Assembly (NCBI GenBank): GCA_002633005.1
Contig: NMRA01000053.1
Span: forward strand, 832,711-896,710
Direction: 5' to 3'
Length of the DNA: 64,000 nucleotides
Source: Phoronis australis
Lineage: Eukaryota; Animalia; Phoronida
The notes beneath the pieces were generated by a model. The model was not told the DNA's origin, searched no databases, and saw only the letters and a list, made by a program, of their open reading frames with translations. Shown piece after piece: positions 49,659 through 62,444 of this stretch; the first letter of the stretch is position 1; every line of letters begins with the position of its first letter. The position numbers and the translations under genes were made by a program.

Positions 49659-50702
49659 TGTGTCTAAAAAGTTGCAAGTTGTTTAGAGTCAACGTGGCGA
49701 AAAACACATACATGGTGGGCCAGAAATGTTACCCACTCAGATACACTAATTATGCAGCCACACGCGTGTAGATTATTTTATGCTTGAATATTCAACTTCT
49801 GAACACAATGTGCCCCTCGTCTTTCAATCACAATCAATACGCACACAATCAAGTTTGTAATCACAGTCACATATCGAGTGGCATACTCTGAATTTACCCA
49901 CCACCATTTGCCTTCACATTTTTTACCATCTGACTACTGTTGCTGTAGGCATAATCTTTTCCATAACACAGGAGCTAATAGCAGGAAAAGACTTAGAGAA
50001 TGTGCCGGCCAACAACCAAATGTCCGTGCAACGCAACGTCCACTCATAACCAAGCAATATGTGCAATTGATGTGGAATGAATGCTGTCATTTTGTTATCT
50101 CCTTGCTCTTAACAGTAACTCCTTACAAGCAGGCTAATCTTCCGTCACATGACATTTATGACCAGCACACTCCCTAGATCTTGCCTTCGCGATTTCCTTC
50201 GAAGCCAAACCAGTGGCAGTTTCTAAGGCAACAATAACCAGGAAATGGAGGCACCGATGGCAAACAACCACCAGGAAACTACCACAAACCCACTGGATAT
50301 GTGATGCGTTATCACAAACTTCAATATATGCACTGAAACCGTGATTTTTTTCTTGCCCCAAGACACAAGCACCTTTTCCATCACGTGATCAAGAGTCCTG
50401 ATAGCTGCTTTAATAATTTCCAGGACAGCCGCTGGATAGGTCCAAGCCAGCTAAATAGGGTAGCGTCAAAACAAAGCTTGAGAACCTCGAGTAAATTATT
50501 ATGCAGACATTGAAATTTCCCTATGGTAGTTCTGCCTATCACATACTGGAACTTACATACTAGCATGCCCCAGCCAGTGTTTGCACTCCCGGAGTCCAAA
50601 CATTCACTAAGCTCATTAGACAGTTTCAAAGTGGAAAAGAATACACTACGCTGAATGACTCCCTCCCAACAAAGAACAATCTGCAATTTACTTAAAGTTT
50701 GT

Positions 50703-50703
<1 letters not shown>

Positions 50704-50745
<42 letters not shown>

Positions 50746-50761
50746 ACACCCACACCCACAC
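50704..50761. repeat. (CA)n / (CACACC)n microsatellite
   Basis: Directly visible. Confidence 0.98.
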
Positions 50762-53548
50762 GTGCGGTGCCATTTGCTGGATTTCCATGTGGCATCTTTC
50801 TGGAGATGGTTGCAACTTTGCCACAGCAAAATTGGCTTAAGTTTCAGTTTTGCTGATATAACGTTAAAAACTTTTAATGAAGTGAAAACAATTCTAATAA
50901 TTCGTCCACAATCTCATGGAACAGTAGTTGACTTCAGAATGAAACAAGTGTCATTTGCTTTTCTATAAGTCCTTCCATTCTCAAGTTATTGCAAATTTTC
51001 CTGGAGCTGGTCTCAAATTAACGATGTTTTTTGCCGCATCTTCGGTGTCCCTTGACAGATCTGTCTGAAGTTTGGTACGTGGATTGATCTTTTCAAATGC
51101 TATCAGTGTTGTCAAACCAGTTTCTTGCTACAACTCCCGATCTCTTCAAACATTACTGATCTTATGTCGACAAGTTATTTATAGCTGCACTGTGTGAGCC
51201 CATCATACTGTGCTAGAGATCAAATTTTTCACCTGATCAACATGAAACTTATGTACATCGTTTAAAGAGAGAGAATTTTGTCCTTGTGAGACATACGCAA
51301 GATGGCGCAGTGACGGCCATTTTTGAATTGTATTTGTGGAGCATCCTTTTCAACTTTGGTAAGTTGTCAAACTTGACTGAAATAAGCGTTTTTGCATGAA
51401 TAGTCAAAATAATAATAATAATAATAATAAAATAGAAACAAAAAAGGAAACTGGAAATCAAATGAGAGGAAATCGAAACCAAAATATTAAATTCTCTTAA
51501 AAGAGGAAAATTCCAAAACCTGTACCTAATACCTTAGTGTAATAAGCGTAAGGTATATTGCAGTTGATGCTCTTGGTTTCGTCACCGATCTCACCTTTAA
51601 ATTTTTATTTAATTTCACCAAGTGTCACTCCTCAGAATGCTTTCATTAGGTTTTAGCCAAATTAACAAGAAACACTCTCGGCGACATGTCAAGCGAACAT
51701 AGGATAATGAAGAATTTATCTTTGACTCCATTTATTTCGTATACGCTTAGCTAAATGCCAAGTCACATTTGGTGACTTAGCAAAAACCTCATGTCGCCAA
51801 ACTAAATCTCAGGTTACCAATACAAAAAATTTCGGGCGGGCACCTAAATCAATTCCTATGTTTCTTATCTGGGTATCGTAACAGTTCATCAACCAAAAGA
51901 AAAAGAAAGACGGTTGTAGCATCATTCAATTTCCCCATAAATGTCTACATGTAGGCATACCTTCATTATCTAACTTCTTTCCTCCCGCCAACAAACGAAC
52001 ATAGAATGCAGACGACCGCATGCGCTAGTGGCACGAATTTTGCCGATCTTGCCTAACAAGTCAGACTGTTTACTTTATCTTGTAATTTGAAATGCGGTGG
52101 CAAATGTGCTGGCAAATGGAACAATAGTGAATCTCAGGTAACAAATCTTGGAAAACTGTTAGTAATTTAAAGTTCAACACCAGCTTTCAAACGAATTTAG
52201 AGAGAATTACAGTGGTGACTTGGAATATTTTCCCAGGTCACCAAACACAATTTGCAGGCCACCAAATTGAGCAGCAATTGGTTAGTGTTCTGGGCTACTT
52301 TCGCAAATATCCTGATGCACTGAAGAAAATTTTGAACCTAAGCATAACTAATATAACAAAACCGTATGTTTATACTAATTCTTAACAATCAACCTACCAA
52401 ACTTAAAGATGGAAAAACAAAGTAATATTTCATACAGAATGTCCTGATTATCCAATTACAATATCCCCGACAATATCGCATTGAGGCACAGGTCGGTCCC
52501 ACTGTTTGCGTGCAGGGTCCCAGCATCTGATCTAATCTACAGGTAACCATTTCCATACTCATTGCTTAGTATGCTTTATTATAGGAATAAAAAACTATGA
52601 CAACTGTGCATCCCCAGAAGTTGATTAAGTAGTAGGCCTACAGGGCAACCTGCACACCTTGGAAATCTGTTACCCAGAACTGCTACAGCCAATGAATTGC
52701 TTATTACAAGGTCATGTCACAAGCAGAACTAACCATTACTTGGACAGCATGAAATTACCAAGTCTGCACAAAATTAATACACATTTCTTGGAAGCTGTTG
52801 ACGCATATCTCCATACAGCTGACTAGGTCCAACTAATAGCCTTGGCGCAGGGCTGATAACTAAGTATACAGCTTTGTGCCAATGTGTGTAAAAAACTGAC
52901 CAGATAAAATCCACCAAAAAATTGGTTTCATTAAAAGCTACACTCTTCCTTGAGTACACTACTAATTTACCGGTGTTCTACCATTATTATGCTGCTAAAA
53001 TTGTGGTGTGATCTTTTGCGTAGGCTTTCGGCGCCATGAAATATTATGTCACCTATTGGCCAGCTTTTTTTTTCCGCCGATTCTTCACTCAATTGTAGTT
53101 CTTCCATAAGATTGCATACAAGTAACAACAGAACTGGTTAACGTAATTATAAGTTTTTAAAAACCTAATACCAGAAAACCAAATTTCAGAACAAATTTGC
53201 TGCTGCGAAGCTGTCTTCATCTCCTAGGAGATGTTGCAAAAATTTAGGACATGGCACATGTCATGAGCATCTGTTTTAAAAATGACAACATACTTTAATT
53301 TGTTACCAAAGGCGGCGAATTATGCAAGAAAATGACGTTTATTTGTTTTTTACTAAAACAGATGTAACAGGCAAGGTGAGTGTCCAGATTGTGCACGCAC
53401 CCACACCAGTCTTTAGCTCTACATGTTGATACAAGTTTTACGGCGAGGTGACGAGCAGAACTGTGTGCATTTTCGAGGTCTGTCGGAGCTCAACACACAG
53501 CGGTACCTAACTGTATTTTGACTATAGTCTTCATACAGCTAGTCAGAC

Positions 53549-54705
53549 CACAGGCGTCCTCAGCGACAATCCACAAAATCTTCCCAAAAAGTCAATATGC
53601 CACACGAGAATTGTCGGTTTGTCACAAAAGGTCGCGACATCAATAACTCCACACTTAGCCAGACCATTTCGTAATCCTCCGTGACGAACTGGCAATTGCC
53701 GTCCATTCGTAACTCATCGGATTATTTCATACGCTACTTGACCTCGAACTGACTTGCATGAAGCATATTGACAGTACACAGTGACTTTTTGGTAAGATTT
53801 TTGTGCTTTGGGTAATTGCTTACTAGATGACGACAATGACTTAAACATACGATTTTGATATCATTCGATTCCTTGCAACGTTATCTTTACAAAAATACAT
53901 GAATGTATCCCTCCCGCACTTCATTTGTATTTTATCGTCGAATTTCAGTTCGCACTATTACCCGGCGGACAGTGCCATGTCAGCGCAACTCAAGATTACA
54001 GTGACACCTATTGTTAATGAATGAAACAGCATCATCGATTCTGAATGGTATTTGCCTGCACAATATTCCCGCTAAAGTTTTCCTGACATAATATGGAAGA
54101 ACAAGTAGAAGCATTTCACCATTTCCATTTTTTTAGAATTGTGACCATTTGACCTTGTTTCCACGAAATTGTCTAAGTGATACTTTTTTCACGAATTTGG
54201 ACCTCAAAAACAACCTCCGCTTTTTTCGCGGATTCTTCCTAGCAGATGCGTATCAGAGTCACCATAAGATCAAATTCGAACCCTTGGGACCGTAACTCGG
54301 GCAGGGGATAGACGGGTCTCGCTCAATTTGATTAGTTCAGTTTCTGACTGCCAGGTGACTCCTACTAAGGGAGCGGGTTAGGAGAAACTTCTGTGTAATT
54401 TTGGAAAGATAACATTGCAAGGTATCGAATGATACCAAAATCATATGTGTAAGTTATTGTCATCATATTGTAAACAATTACCGTGCTTTGACCGTGAATT
54501 TGTTGCAAACTCGGTGGAGCAGGACACCGTAATTGGTATATAGAGAGAAAGTTCAACCCCTGTTTAGTGTAAATTTATGGAGTTTTGAGTTTGCTATGGA
54601 CGGCTGAAGCGAAGCACCCGTGGAATTTGTAGTCCGAAGTGTCATACCTTGTAGTATTCTATGTAATATATTGGGGACGGTCAGAAGAGGACGCCTGTGC
54701 CTGTG
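53549..54705. mobile_element. Second foldback-family copy (CACAGGC ends, left arm deleted, flanked by GTCAGAC), interrupted by the Merlin-like MITE
   Basis: Similarity to 41515-42189; GTCAGAC at 53542-53548 and 54706-54712. Confidence 0.7.
53811..54482. mobile_element. Merlin-like MITE, uninterrupted 672-bp copy, with 8-bp TSD GTGCTTTG
   Basis: TSD at 53803-53810 and 54483-54490; GGTAATTG...CAATTACC ends; colinear with 7703-7734 plus 8555-9300. Confidence 0.85.
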
Positions 54706-54973
54706 GTCAGACACGATGACTGAGAAATGTCAGTGTCCAGTTGGCTAAAACAGAAACTCAGAAATTGGGAAGCATGCCATATCAATTTCAGAAAGTTTGA
54801 AAATCGTTTATAAACGTACCACGAACAATATGTCAACGACACCCAATAGATTGAACTTGCAAGAAAAAATGACAAGCAGAGAGGCTAACAATGGCGAGAG
54901 AACATGTGGACCACCGGCAATTTCTGTCGGCCATTTTTCTTCACAAGTAAACATTTCACCTACAACTACCTAC

Positions 54974-55398
54974 CAAAACTGCTTGATGTGAATGAGTATG
55001 ATCACGAGTGAAAAATCGAGATGCCAATTTAACGAAAGCCACAAACAAAAACCTGAAATCACAAACGAATTTTACAGCCAATGATTCTGCAATCAAAGCT
55101 CACTGCAACCCGCCAAAACCTTTCTTTGCGACTGCGCGAATGTCACATACGGGCATTTTGATTAAGAAGCGGGAAAGTCTATTCGTTAGTTTCCGATAAA
55201 AAAACAAAAGACTTAAAAATTTTTAGTCCTATTTTTAGAATGTTTTGATTCAGCAGTTTATTTCAAAATCATTTTTAACTAGGTTCACTGATTATATATC
55301 AATGCTTAACCTCGATTTTAGTTTGGTGAAAGTCATACGGAAATTAATTACGCAGTACCACGTGACGTGCTATCGCTTGGCGTGCTCAAGGTGTCAAG
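54974..55398. promoter_or_regulatory. Candidate bidirectional promoter: putative HP1 non-coding first exon (-; donor GTAGGT at 54973) and hnRNP A TSS (+)
   Basis: The HP1 ATG exon has an acceptor at 49665-49664, so an upstream exon is expected. E-box/CRE-like CACGTGACGTG near 55359; YY1-like CAAGATGGCG at 55395-55404. The HP1 exon position is inferred. Confidence 0.5.
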
Positions 55399-58300
55399 AT
55401 GGCGAATTTTAATGTAAGTTTACCGGTTCCCACATTTTCATTAATTAGCTGGTAAAAACGTGTTAGCTTTTAGTTTTTGACCATCTACACTTTGTATTGC
55501 CTACGTGGTAAAAAAGTGTGGTCGCTTTCATGTTTTCTTTTATTCACGGTGTGACTTGGTGTGCCTCTTTTCATTGTTGAACCAGAGTTTGAGAAAACGA
55601 AATGGCGACAGACGTGGAAGACAAAGAGTCACAAAGACGGATTTACTATATGGTTATGTTGTAATCACCATGTTTATCTGTTGTTATCTAAACTTACGTT
55701 GCAATTTGTAAATTGGAATTTTGGACTGTTCAACAAAATTTTCTGTGGAAACAACGCCGTTATTCTTTTGACCTTTTTCTTGTGAAACATTGCCATTGTA
55801 TACACCGGTGACCTAAAGTCGTGAATATAAGCATAATAAGTGCCGATTGTCATACTACCCAATGTCCGTTAGCAACTGCTCATGTGATGTCATGGACATA
55901 GGTCAGCCTTCACAAATATACGTGTTTTGACAATCTTAATCCTTGTTTGTCTCCGTAAGCAGAGTTTTGAAACGGTCGCTGATATCGGCGGCCATTTTGA
56001 ATGAGGCCCTAAAGTCGTGACCGTTTCGGTTAGACGGAAATACACGAAGTAAGACCTCACAAGTCAACTACAGTGCGTACAGTTACTCTAGATGACATAA
56101 AAATGCATTGCATTGTTTATTAATTCAGTTTCAAATGAAATAAATTGTTATAAGTTTTGCACCCAACTTTGATGTGCACAGAAGTTTTCAATGAGGTTGT
56201 TAACGTAAAACGCTAAGAACCCAGCATCAATTATCGCTCTGCATTTTATTGTTTTGGCCTTACAAAACTTGATCAACCCTGGGACATTTTGATACATTGT
56301 TCAAGCTACCCCTGGAGCGCGTGTTTGAGTAAATCTGAACGATAAATATTTTCGAAAATATATCCCAAAAATGCCCAAAAAAGTGAATTAGTGAAATATG
56401 CTGTTTTTAAGATACATTTGAAAAAAGAAGCCACTCACTCACTGTTTGTTATCATATTGTGAATACGAACACGTCCGGTATTCGTTTGACGTTCGTAAGC
56501 AGACGAATGCTGGAAACTTCAACGCCAGATGTCTCAGGACCGCGCAGAAGAGGAAATAAGATCGTTCACGACTTTAGGGCACTCACGACTTTAGGGCCTC
56601 TGACGGTAGTGCGAGGGCACTGGTCGGATGCAGAGGTCCCTGATTTAATGAACCAGTTTCATCCACGAAGTAATGGGTCCACTATTCAGTGATTGCTTGG
56701 TTCTCTAAATCAGGGACCGCTGTATCCGACAAGTGCCAGGGCGAGTACGTAGGGGTAGGGGAAAGTTTGGGTAAATTCTGACGAAACCACCTAGCTCGAC
56801 TTGCTTACCTGCTACTGAAGGTTAATGTGGAAGCTAATAACGTTTGATGAGTCCTGGATATTCACAAATCAGCCTTTGAGATTTTTCGTTACTAATTCAG
56901 TTTCAATGCCATCGAATTTTAAGAATAAAAATGATGGTTGAAATCTGGGAAATTCGGACACAGGTGGGTTAAGTTGGACAGAATGTCGGGGAAATTTGGA
57001 TCAGCAAATTCTGAATGGGTAAAACTCAAATAAAATATGTAATTGTACTTTATGATTTCAAAACATGAATTTAGGTATTTAGCACTGTTGTGAATTGACC
57101 TCTAAGCACAGAAGGTCATCCATGAGTACGAAATTCTCTCAAAGAAGCATCAAGAAAAGCGCCTAGTAGCCTGAAAAGCATAGTGTCCGAATTTTTCTGC
57201 AGCACAAAAAAGTTGGAGGGGAAATTTGGACGCACCTTTTTTGATTTAATCATGTTTTTTGTATGTTTTTATATTGCAATTAACATTTAAAACAGCATAG
57301 TGATGGATTGAGCGTCGAGTAAATTTACATGACAAGGGACCAAGTGACCTAAATATAGCTTACAAAAGAGAGTGTACCTATCACAGACTTTCATAATCAC
57401 TATGCAAAGCAAACTGCAGAGCAATGTAAGGTGTAGACAGTGACCATTGACTTATTGAACTACATACGGTGTAGCTTTTTGGGGAATTATGCCTCACAAT
57501 GCCTAAAACATCAAAGTCACATTGTTATAAATCCCTTGTCTGCATAGAGGGATACCTTAGGAGGCTGTCCATGTCTTTAATTCCGCCCATCTTGAAGAAA
57601 TATTCCCGTTTTCAAACTTTTTCTTCGAGCAGTCCTTCAATCAGTTCCTAAAATCGGAAACTACTTTTTTCACAGTGTGCATCAGGTGGTATGACGTAAT
57701 ATCCCCTGGTGTGCGCAGTGTAAAATTGGAAATAATAACAAGAGTATTTGTTGGAGTTGGAAGGAAATAAGACATTGACGCCTCCTAAGGTATCCCTTTT
57801 TGCGCAGAAGGTATTTATAACAACGCGTCAAAAACTTCCGGCGTATGAGACAGCTGACCATCACCATATGCGGTAAAAAAAAAATTTTTTTATGATTGTT
57901 GAGAAAGTTCCTCAAGTTGTTTACCGTTATTTCCCGTAGAACTTTGAATCATGAAGTGTATGCAACCACACATTCGTGACTTGTATATAAACTGTTCACT
58001 TGTCTAATAAAGACAGTCCTCATTTTGTAACTGCTGTTACTAGAGTAGTTGAGCGTTTTACTTTCTACAGTTAGTTACAGAATACTGCCATCTCGCTGAT
58101 TGACCGAGACACATTGCACAACACAACGCAGCTGCTACGCTCACTCTAATCCTCAATTTATACTACTCTTGAACACATAAATTAAAAGCCTCGTCATCTA
58201 ATTTATATTTTGCATGTGAGAGAATAATGCAAATTTCGAAAATCACTTCCGCCTTAGGCAACACGTAGCCCCTCGGCTAGCTATGCACGGGCTACAGTAC

Positions 58301-59579
58301 TCCACATCATTTTCTGTTTTAATGTCGTCTATTTTGATGTGGTAGTAGCCGAAATTCGGTCACCGAATAAGTGGCTTTCACCTCATCAAAAAAGCACAGT
58401 TGTCTCTTATAAAACGCTTACTTTCTTCAGTGATCCTTACTTGTTCAGTGAAGTATGTCTGAATTCATATGACTGGTGAAAAATTCCAACTCTACTGTTT
58501 TGGTTCCACGTTAACTTTTGTTACCCCGTGTGATGAGCACAGAGTGTTTTAATTGATGTCAAAGAAGTTACGTAACAACAAGCGCAACACTGAGCGAAGC
58601 GCATTACAATTGCAAAAAATAGCATGGCAAGATCTCAGAAGGAATTTGTGTCCCTTGGAGTTATTGTATGTCAACGGGCATGATTTTGCAAAACTGCAAA
58701 ATGATGATTTGCTAAATTTTGGCAAACTACCTACATTGTCGAGCGTCTATGTAAATATCGTTTTGCAGACAGGTTGTGCTTCAAGTTTTCGTTGTTCAAT
58801 TTTTTGCAATTTAAAATTTGAATTGGTCGTTGCATTATAGCCTTATACCATTCAATGAACGTTGGTTCACACAAACCATTTTGAAGAGGGTCTTTTCTAT
58901 ACTCTACTGATATACAGTTTATTAAAAACTAACAAAATACTCATGTCAGATTTTTCAGGTCCATTTCAATTTTTATTTCTTACACAAGTAACAACTAATA
59001 AAAATTTTGTCCAAGACGGCTCACACATCAACTCCATATTTATCTTCTCACCCCTTGTACCTTTGGCATTGGCAATGCAAACTGTTGATGTATGTCAGGA
59101 ACATGCCCCATTAAAATCCTTGGATTGTGTTTACTATAGAAATTGGTGTACTAGGGAACAAAGTATAAAGTCTGGTGGGTTATATTTTCCAGTTTTGGAA
59201 ATATCTATCTGTAGTATTGTATTGGCTCAGCGGGAATTAGTCTACATAGATCAAGGAACGAGTATCGCAGAATTTTATCCGACACCTAGGTCCATTCCCT
59301 GTATATTGTAATTTTCAGAAAATGGACAGTGAAGTGAAGTCTAAGCTGTTTTGTGGTGGCCTCAACTATGAAACAACAAACGATTCACTGCAAACCTACT
59401 TCAGTCAGTACGGATCACTGTCTGACGTTGTTGTCATGCGTGACAGTGCCTCACAAAGATCACGAGGCTTTGGATTTGTCACGTTCGAGACCATGGATGA
59501 AGTAGATGAAGTGCAGAAAACCCGACCTCACACGATAGATGGGAAAGAAATAGACACAAAAAGAGTTGTTCCTAAAAGT
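55399..59579 (+). CDS. HNRNPA1: hnRNP A/B-family RRM protein, partial: exon 1 55399-55413 (MANFN) and exon 2 59319-59579 (RRM1); continues beyond the right edge
   Basis: KMDSEVKSKLFCGGLNYETTNDSLQTYFSQYGSLSDVVVMRDSASQRSRGFGFVTF...RPHTIDGKEIDTKRVVPKS contains RNP2 (LFCGGL), RNP1 (RGFGFVTF) and the RPHxIDG signature. Acceptor TTTTCAG at 59318; donors GTAAGT at 55414 and 59580; phase 0 matches. Exon 1 is less certain than exon 2; the symbol is nominal (A1/A2B1/A3 family). Confidence 0.85.
55803..56608. mobile_element. MITE-like element with inverted subterminal CTAAAGTCGTGA motifs
   Basis: CTAAAGTCGTGA near 55813 and 56009; reverse complements TCACGACTTTAGGG twice at 56566-56596. Confidence 0.5.
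56616..56737. mobile_element. 122-bp hairpin MITE with GG...CC ends and 8-bp TSD AGTGCGAG/AGGGCGAG
   Basis: Left arm GGCACTGGTCGGATGCAGAGGTCCCTGATTTA versus reverse complement of right arm GGCACTTGTCGGATACAGCGGTCCCTGATTTA. Confidence 0.8.
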
Positions 59580-60289
59580 GTAAGTTAGCACACAACAAAA
59601 TGTGTACAAGGTTCAGGTTATGGAAAATTTGGTGAAGATTAACTTGGCTGTAGCCTATTTGTTATTGATTTATGACATCTAAGTTCGCCATACGAATGTT
59701 ATGATGTTGTTCATCATCGCCACCAACATCATCATATTCGTCATCTTCGTCATCATCTTTGACGTCGTCTTTTCTTCATTTAATTTCGCCAAGTGTCGCT
59801 CAATTTTGTAGCCTATTTCTTAGTGATTTCTGACTTATACGTTCGTCATATGAATGATATCATAACTTGCATTGTCCATCATCGCCACCATCGTTGTCAT
59901 AGCTGTCATCTTCGTCATCTCTGTCGTCGTCTTTTCTGGTCATCTCTAACATGATTTTTTTGGTTAATTTCGCCAACTTTCACTCCTCATAGCGCTTTTA
60001 TTTTTGTCATGGGTCATTTCAAGCCATGAAACAAAACAGTGAATCGAAAGCTTATTGGGTTTAATACGCAAACGACATTAACAACAATGAGACGGGACCA
60101 GAAGGGCTCCAACTAAACACAGTTGTATGAACAACACTAACAATACAATGGCTCTGGAAACGACATGTAGTCCCATTCACTTATCTGAAATGGTGCTTGC
60201 TGATACGGTAAGTGGACGGCCATTCAAGTTTCGTAAAGGTCCGTGGTATGACATTTTGCAGCACGCTAATACTATGAAAACATTGGACT

Positions 60290-60736
60290 CTGGCCTTTAT
60301 CCAGGATTTTGAAAATAGGGTGTCCAAAATGGGGTTCCCAATATTCCAGGGCGTTCATGATTCTGACGCGTAACCCCCCCCTCCCCCCCACCCCCAACAA
60401 TACCCCAAACACACTGATTTTTTTACAAAAAAATGCATAGATCAAGGTTTTTACATCTTAGTTTATAAAACAGCTTTCTATAGTGAGCATTTTTACTAAA
60501 AAAACTGTAGACCAAGACTTTTACAATGCTGTCAATCAAGTGTCAAAATAGCAACAATATATATACATTGTATATTTCTTTCTGCTTTGAAAAAAGAGCC
60601 CCCACTGTGAGCCTTCAGAGGCTTCCTAGTATTCATTAGAATGTGCGAGTCCAAACTTGAAAGGTTCCTATTGACAGAGGGCGTCCAAATGATACATTGA
60701 GTGTCCTTGCCAGGACCTACACTGCATAAAGGCCTG
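60290..60736. mobile_element. hAT-like MITE nested in a copy of the 6203-6609 family; 8-bp TSD ATTGGACT
   Basis: TSD at 60282-60289 and 60737-60744; TIR CTGGCCTTTAT/ATAAAGGCCTG; the homologous empty site is visible near 6290. Confidence 0.85.
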
Positions 60737-61304
60737 ATTGGACTTTTTAACAACGTTCTCGCGAAATCACCCTTTCAGAGTCGAATTCCTGTTTCTGTTT
60801 GAGCCGTGAGAAACTTTGTGGTTGTCGGGTCCCGCTGTTTGACCAAACTTACAAATTCCGTCTGTGCTGGAATGAACAACCCGCGAGCTTGCCCAGTTTA
60901 GCTTAAACTTGGACGTAAGCGTCCACTGCTTGGGTAATCGGCCACCACCGACTTTTTGCCAATTTTTGGGTTTAAGGGCCCACTGTCTGGGTAATCGCCT
61001 ACCCTGTCTCAGGATTTCCCAATTTAAATGCCCAGGGCGTTAACCTGCGAGTTTTTCATTTTTAATAAACAAGTATCATGTTTGTTGTGATATGCGTGTG
61101 CTGCATACTGCCTAAATTTTCGAAGTGGCTGAAGCTAAGCGCTTGGAATTTCCTCTTTTAATCGGATTTCTTCTTTTTTGGTTTTAATTTCCTCTTATTT
61201 GATTTCCAATTTTGTCTCTTTATCACTAGTTTGACTTTATTTATGCAAAAAGGTTTATTTCACTTAACTTTTACAAAAAAATGTATGTCTATCACTTTTG
61301 CCTA

Positions 61305-62350
61305 TTATGCGCCCACATATTTATATGTGGACGCATTATGCCGTCATCTCCGTCCGTGCGGGCGGCGTCCGTCCGGCGTCCGCTGCTTTATCTCCAAAAC
61401 CCTTTGACATACGTTCATGAAATTTGGCACATGTGTTCCATTCATGAATGGGACAGCATGTGCGAACTTTCGGACATATCCGACCACCCTTGTGCCCCCT
61501 AGTGGCAATTTTAGTTTTTTTACGTTTACCTCTGTGTCTTTACAAGTCCTTAACAGATTTTCATAAAATTTGGTATGTAGGCACCTATTAGTGCGATGAC
61601 GCTATCCTCCCGTTTTCGGATAGATTCCACCTAGTTTGCAACACCCATTGGCCATTTTTACTGTTTTTGAGTCTGTTTTTTGGCGTCCACCCCTCTATCA
61701 ACCAAACCGCTATAAGTATGATTGTGAAAATTGGCATGTATGTTCTTACTTTGAAGAGGACGGTTGATGCTGAATTTTCCATGACTTTGATTACTGTGGC
61801 GTCTCCTAGTGGCATTTTTTTGCGCCCATGGCTGTATCTCCCAAACCGTTTGCAGGATCTTTACTAAATTTAGCAAGTGCATTTATGTGATGTTGACAAC
61901 GGACGACGACGACTTTAGGATGATTCTGACTACCGGTATGCCTCTAGTGGCAATTTTAGTATTTTACATTGACCTCTGTATTTTCATAGGTCTTCAAGTG
62001 TATACTTTGTGTTACTTCGTGACTACGAAGGAAAAGTTCCAAGTAGAAATTTGTTTCTGGCATTCTAATGCTGTGCTAATCTCGTATGTTGGTAAATTTG
62101 TTTTTAATTCTATGTTTCTGTGAAGCTTAAACAACTGGTGTATAGGATGTGCTTGTATTATGAAGATCACTCACATTTTGCCCCTAGCCTATTGAGGAGA
62201 CAATGACCATGCCTTTCCATTTCGCAAAGTACAACATACTACATATATGCCTTCTACTGGCCACTTTATGGTACCAATAAACAACCCTAGAAGGATACCG
62301 TATGCGGTGCAATTGTGGGCGCATTTCAATGCTCTGGGTTGCTCTTGTTT
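61305..62350 (+). mobile_element. Helentron-associated interspersed element (HINE/DINE-1-like)
   Basis: Subterminal inverted repeat ATGCGCCCACA (61307) / TGTGGGCGCAT (62314), 5' palindrome, GTCC microsatellite, internal tandem cores and CTTGTT end. Inserted without TSD at a T-rich site in a CAGGGCTTGGAAT-family MITE. Confidence 0.7.
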
Positions 62351-62444
62351 ATTTGTGGAACGATTCATCAGTTGGATAAATTTCCTCTTTTTGTCATTCG
62401 TCTCTCCCTGTTGTTAATACTGTATGAATTTTTTATGTGTCTAC

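Noticed and set aside
58862-59311. 149-aa ORF upstream of the hnRNP A RRM exon
   Set aside because: Non-ATG start, no domain similarity, and intron-like composition ending just before the acceptor at 59318.
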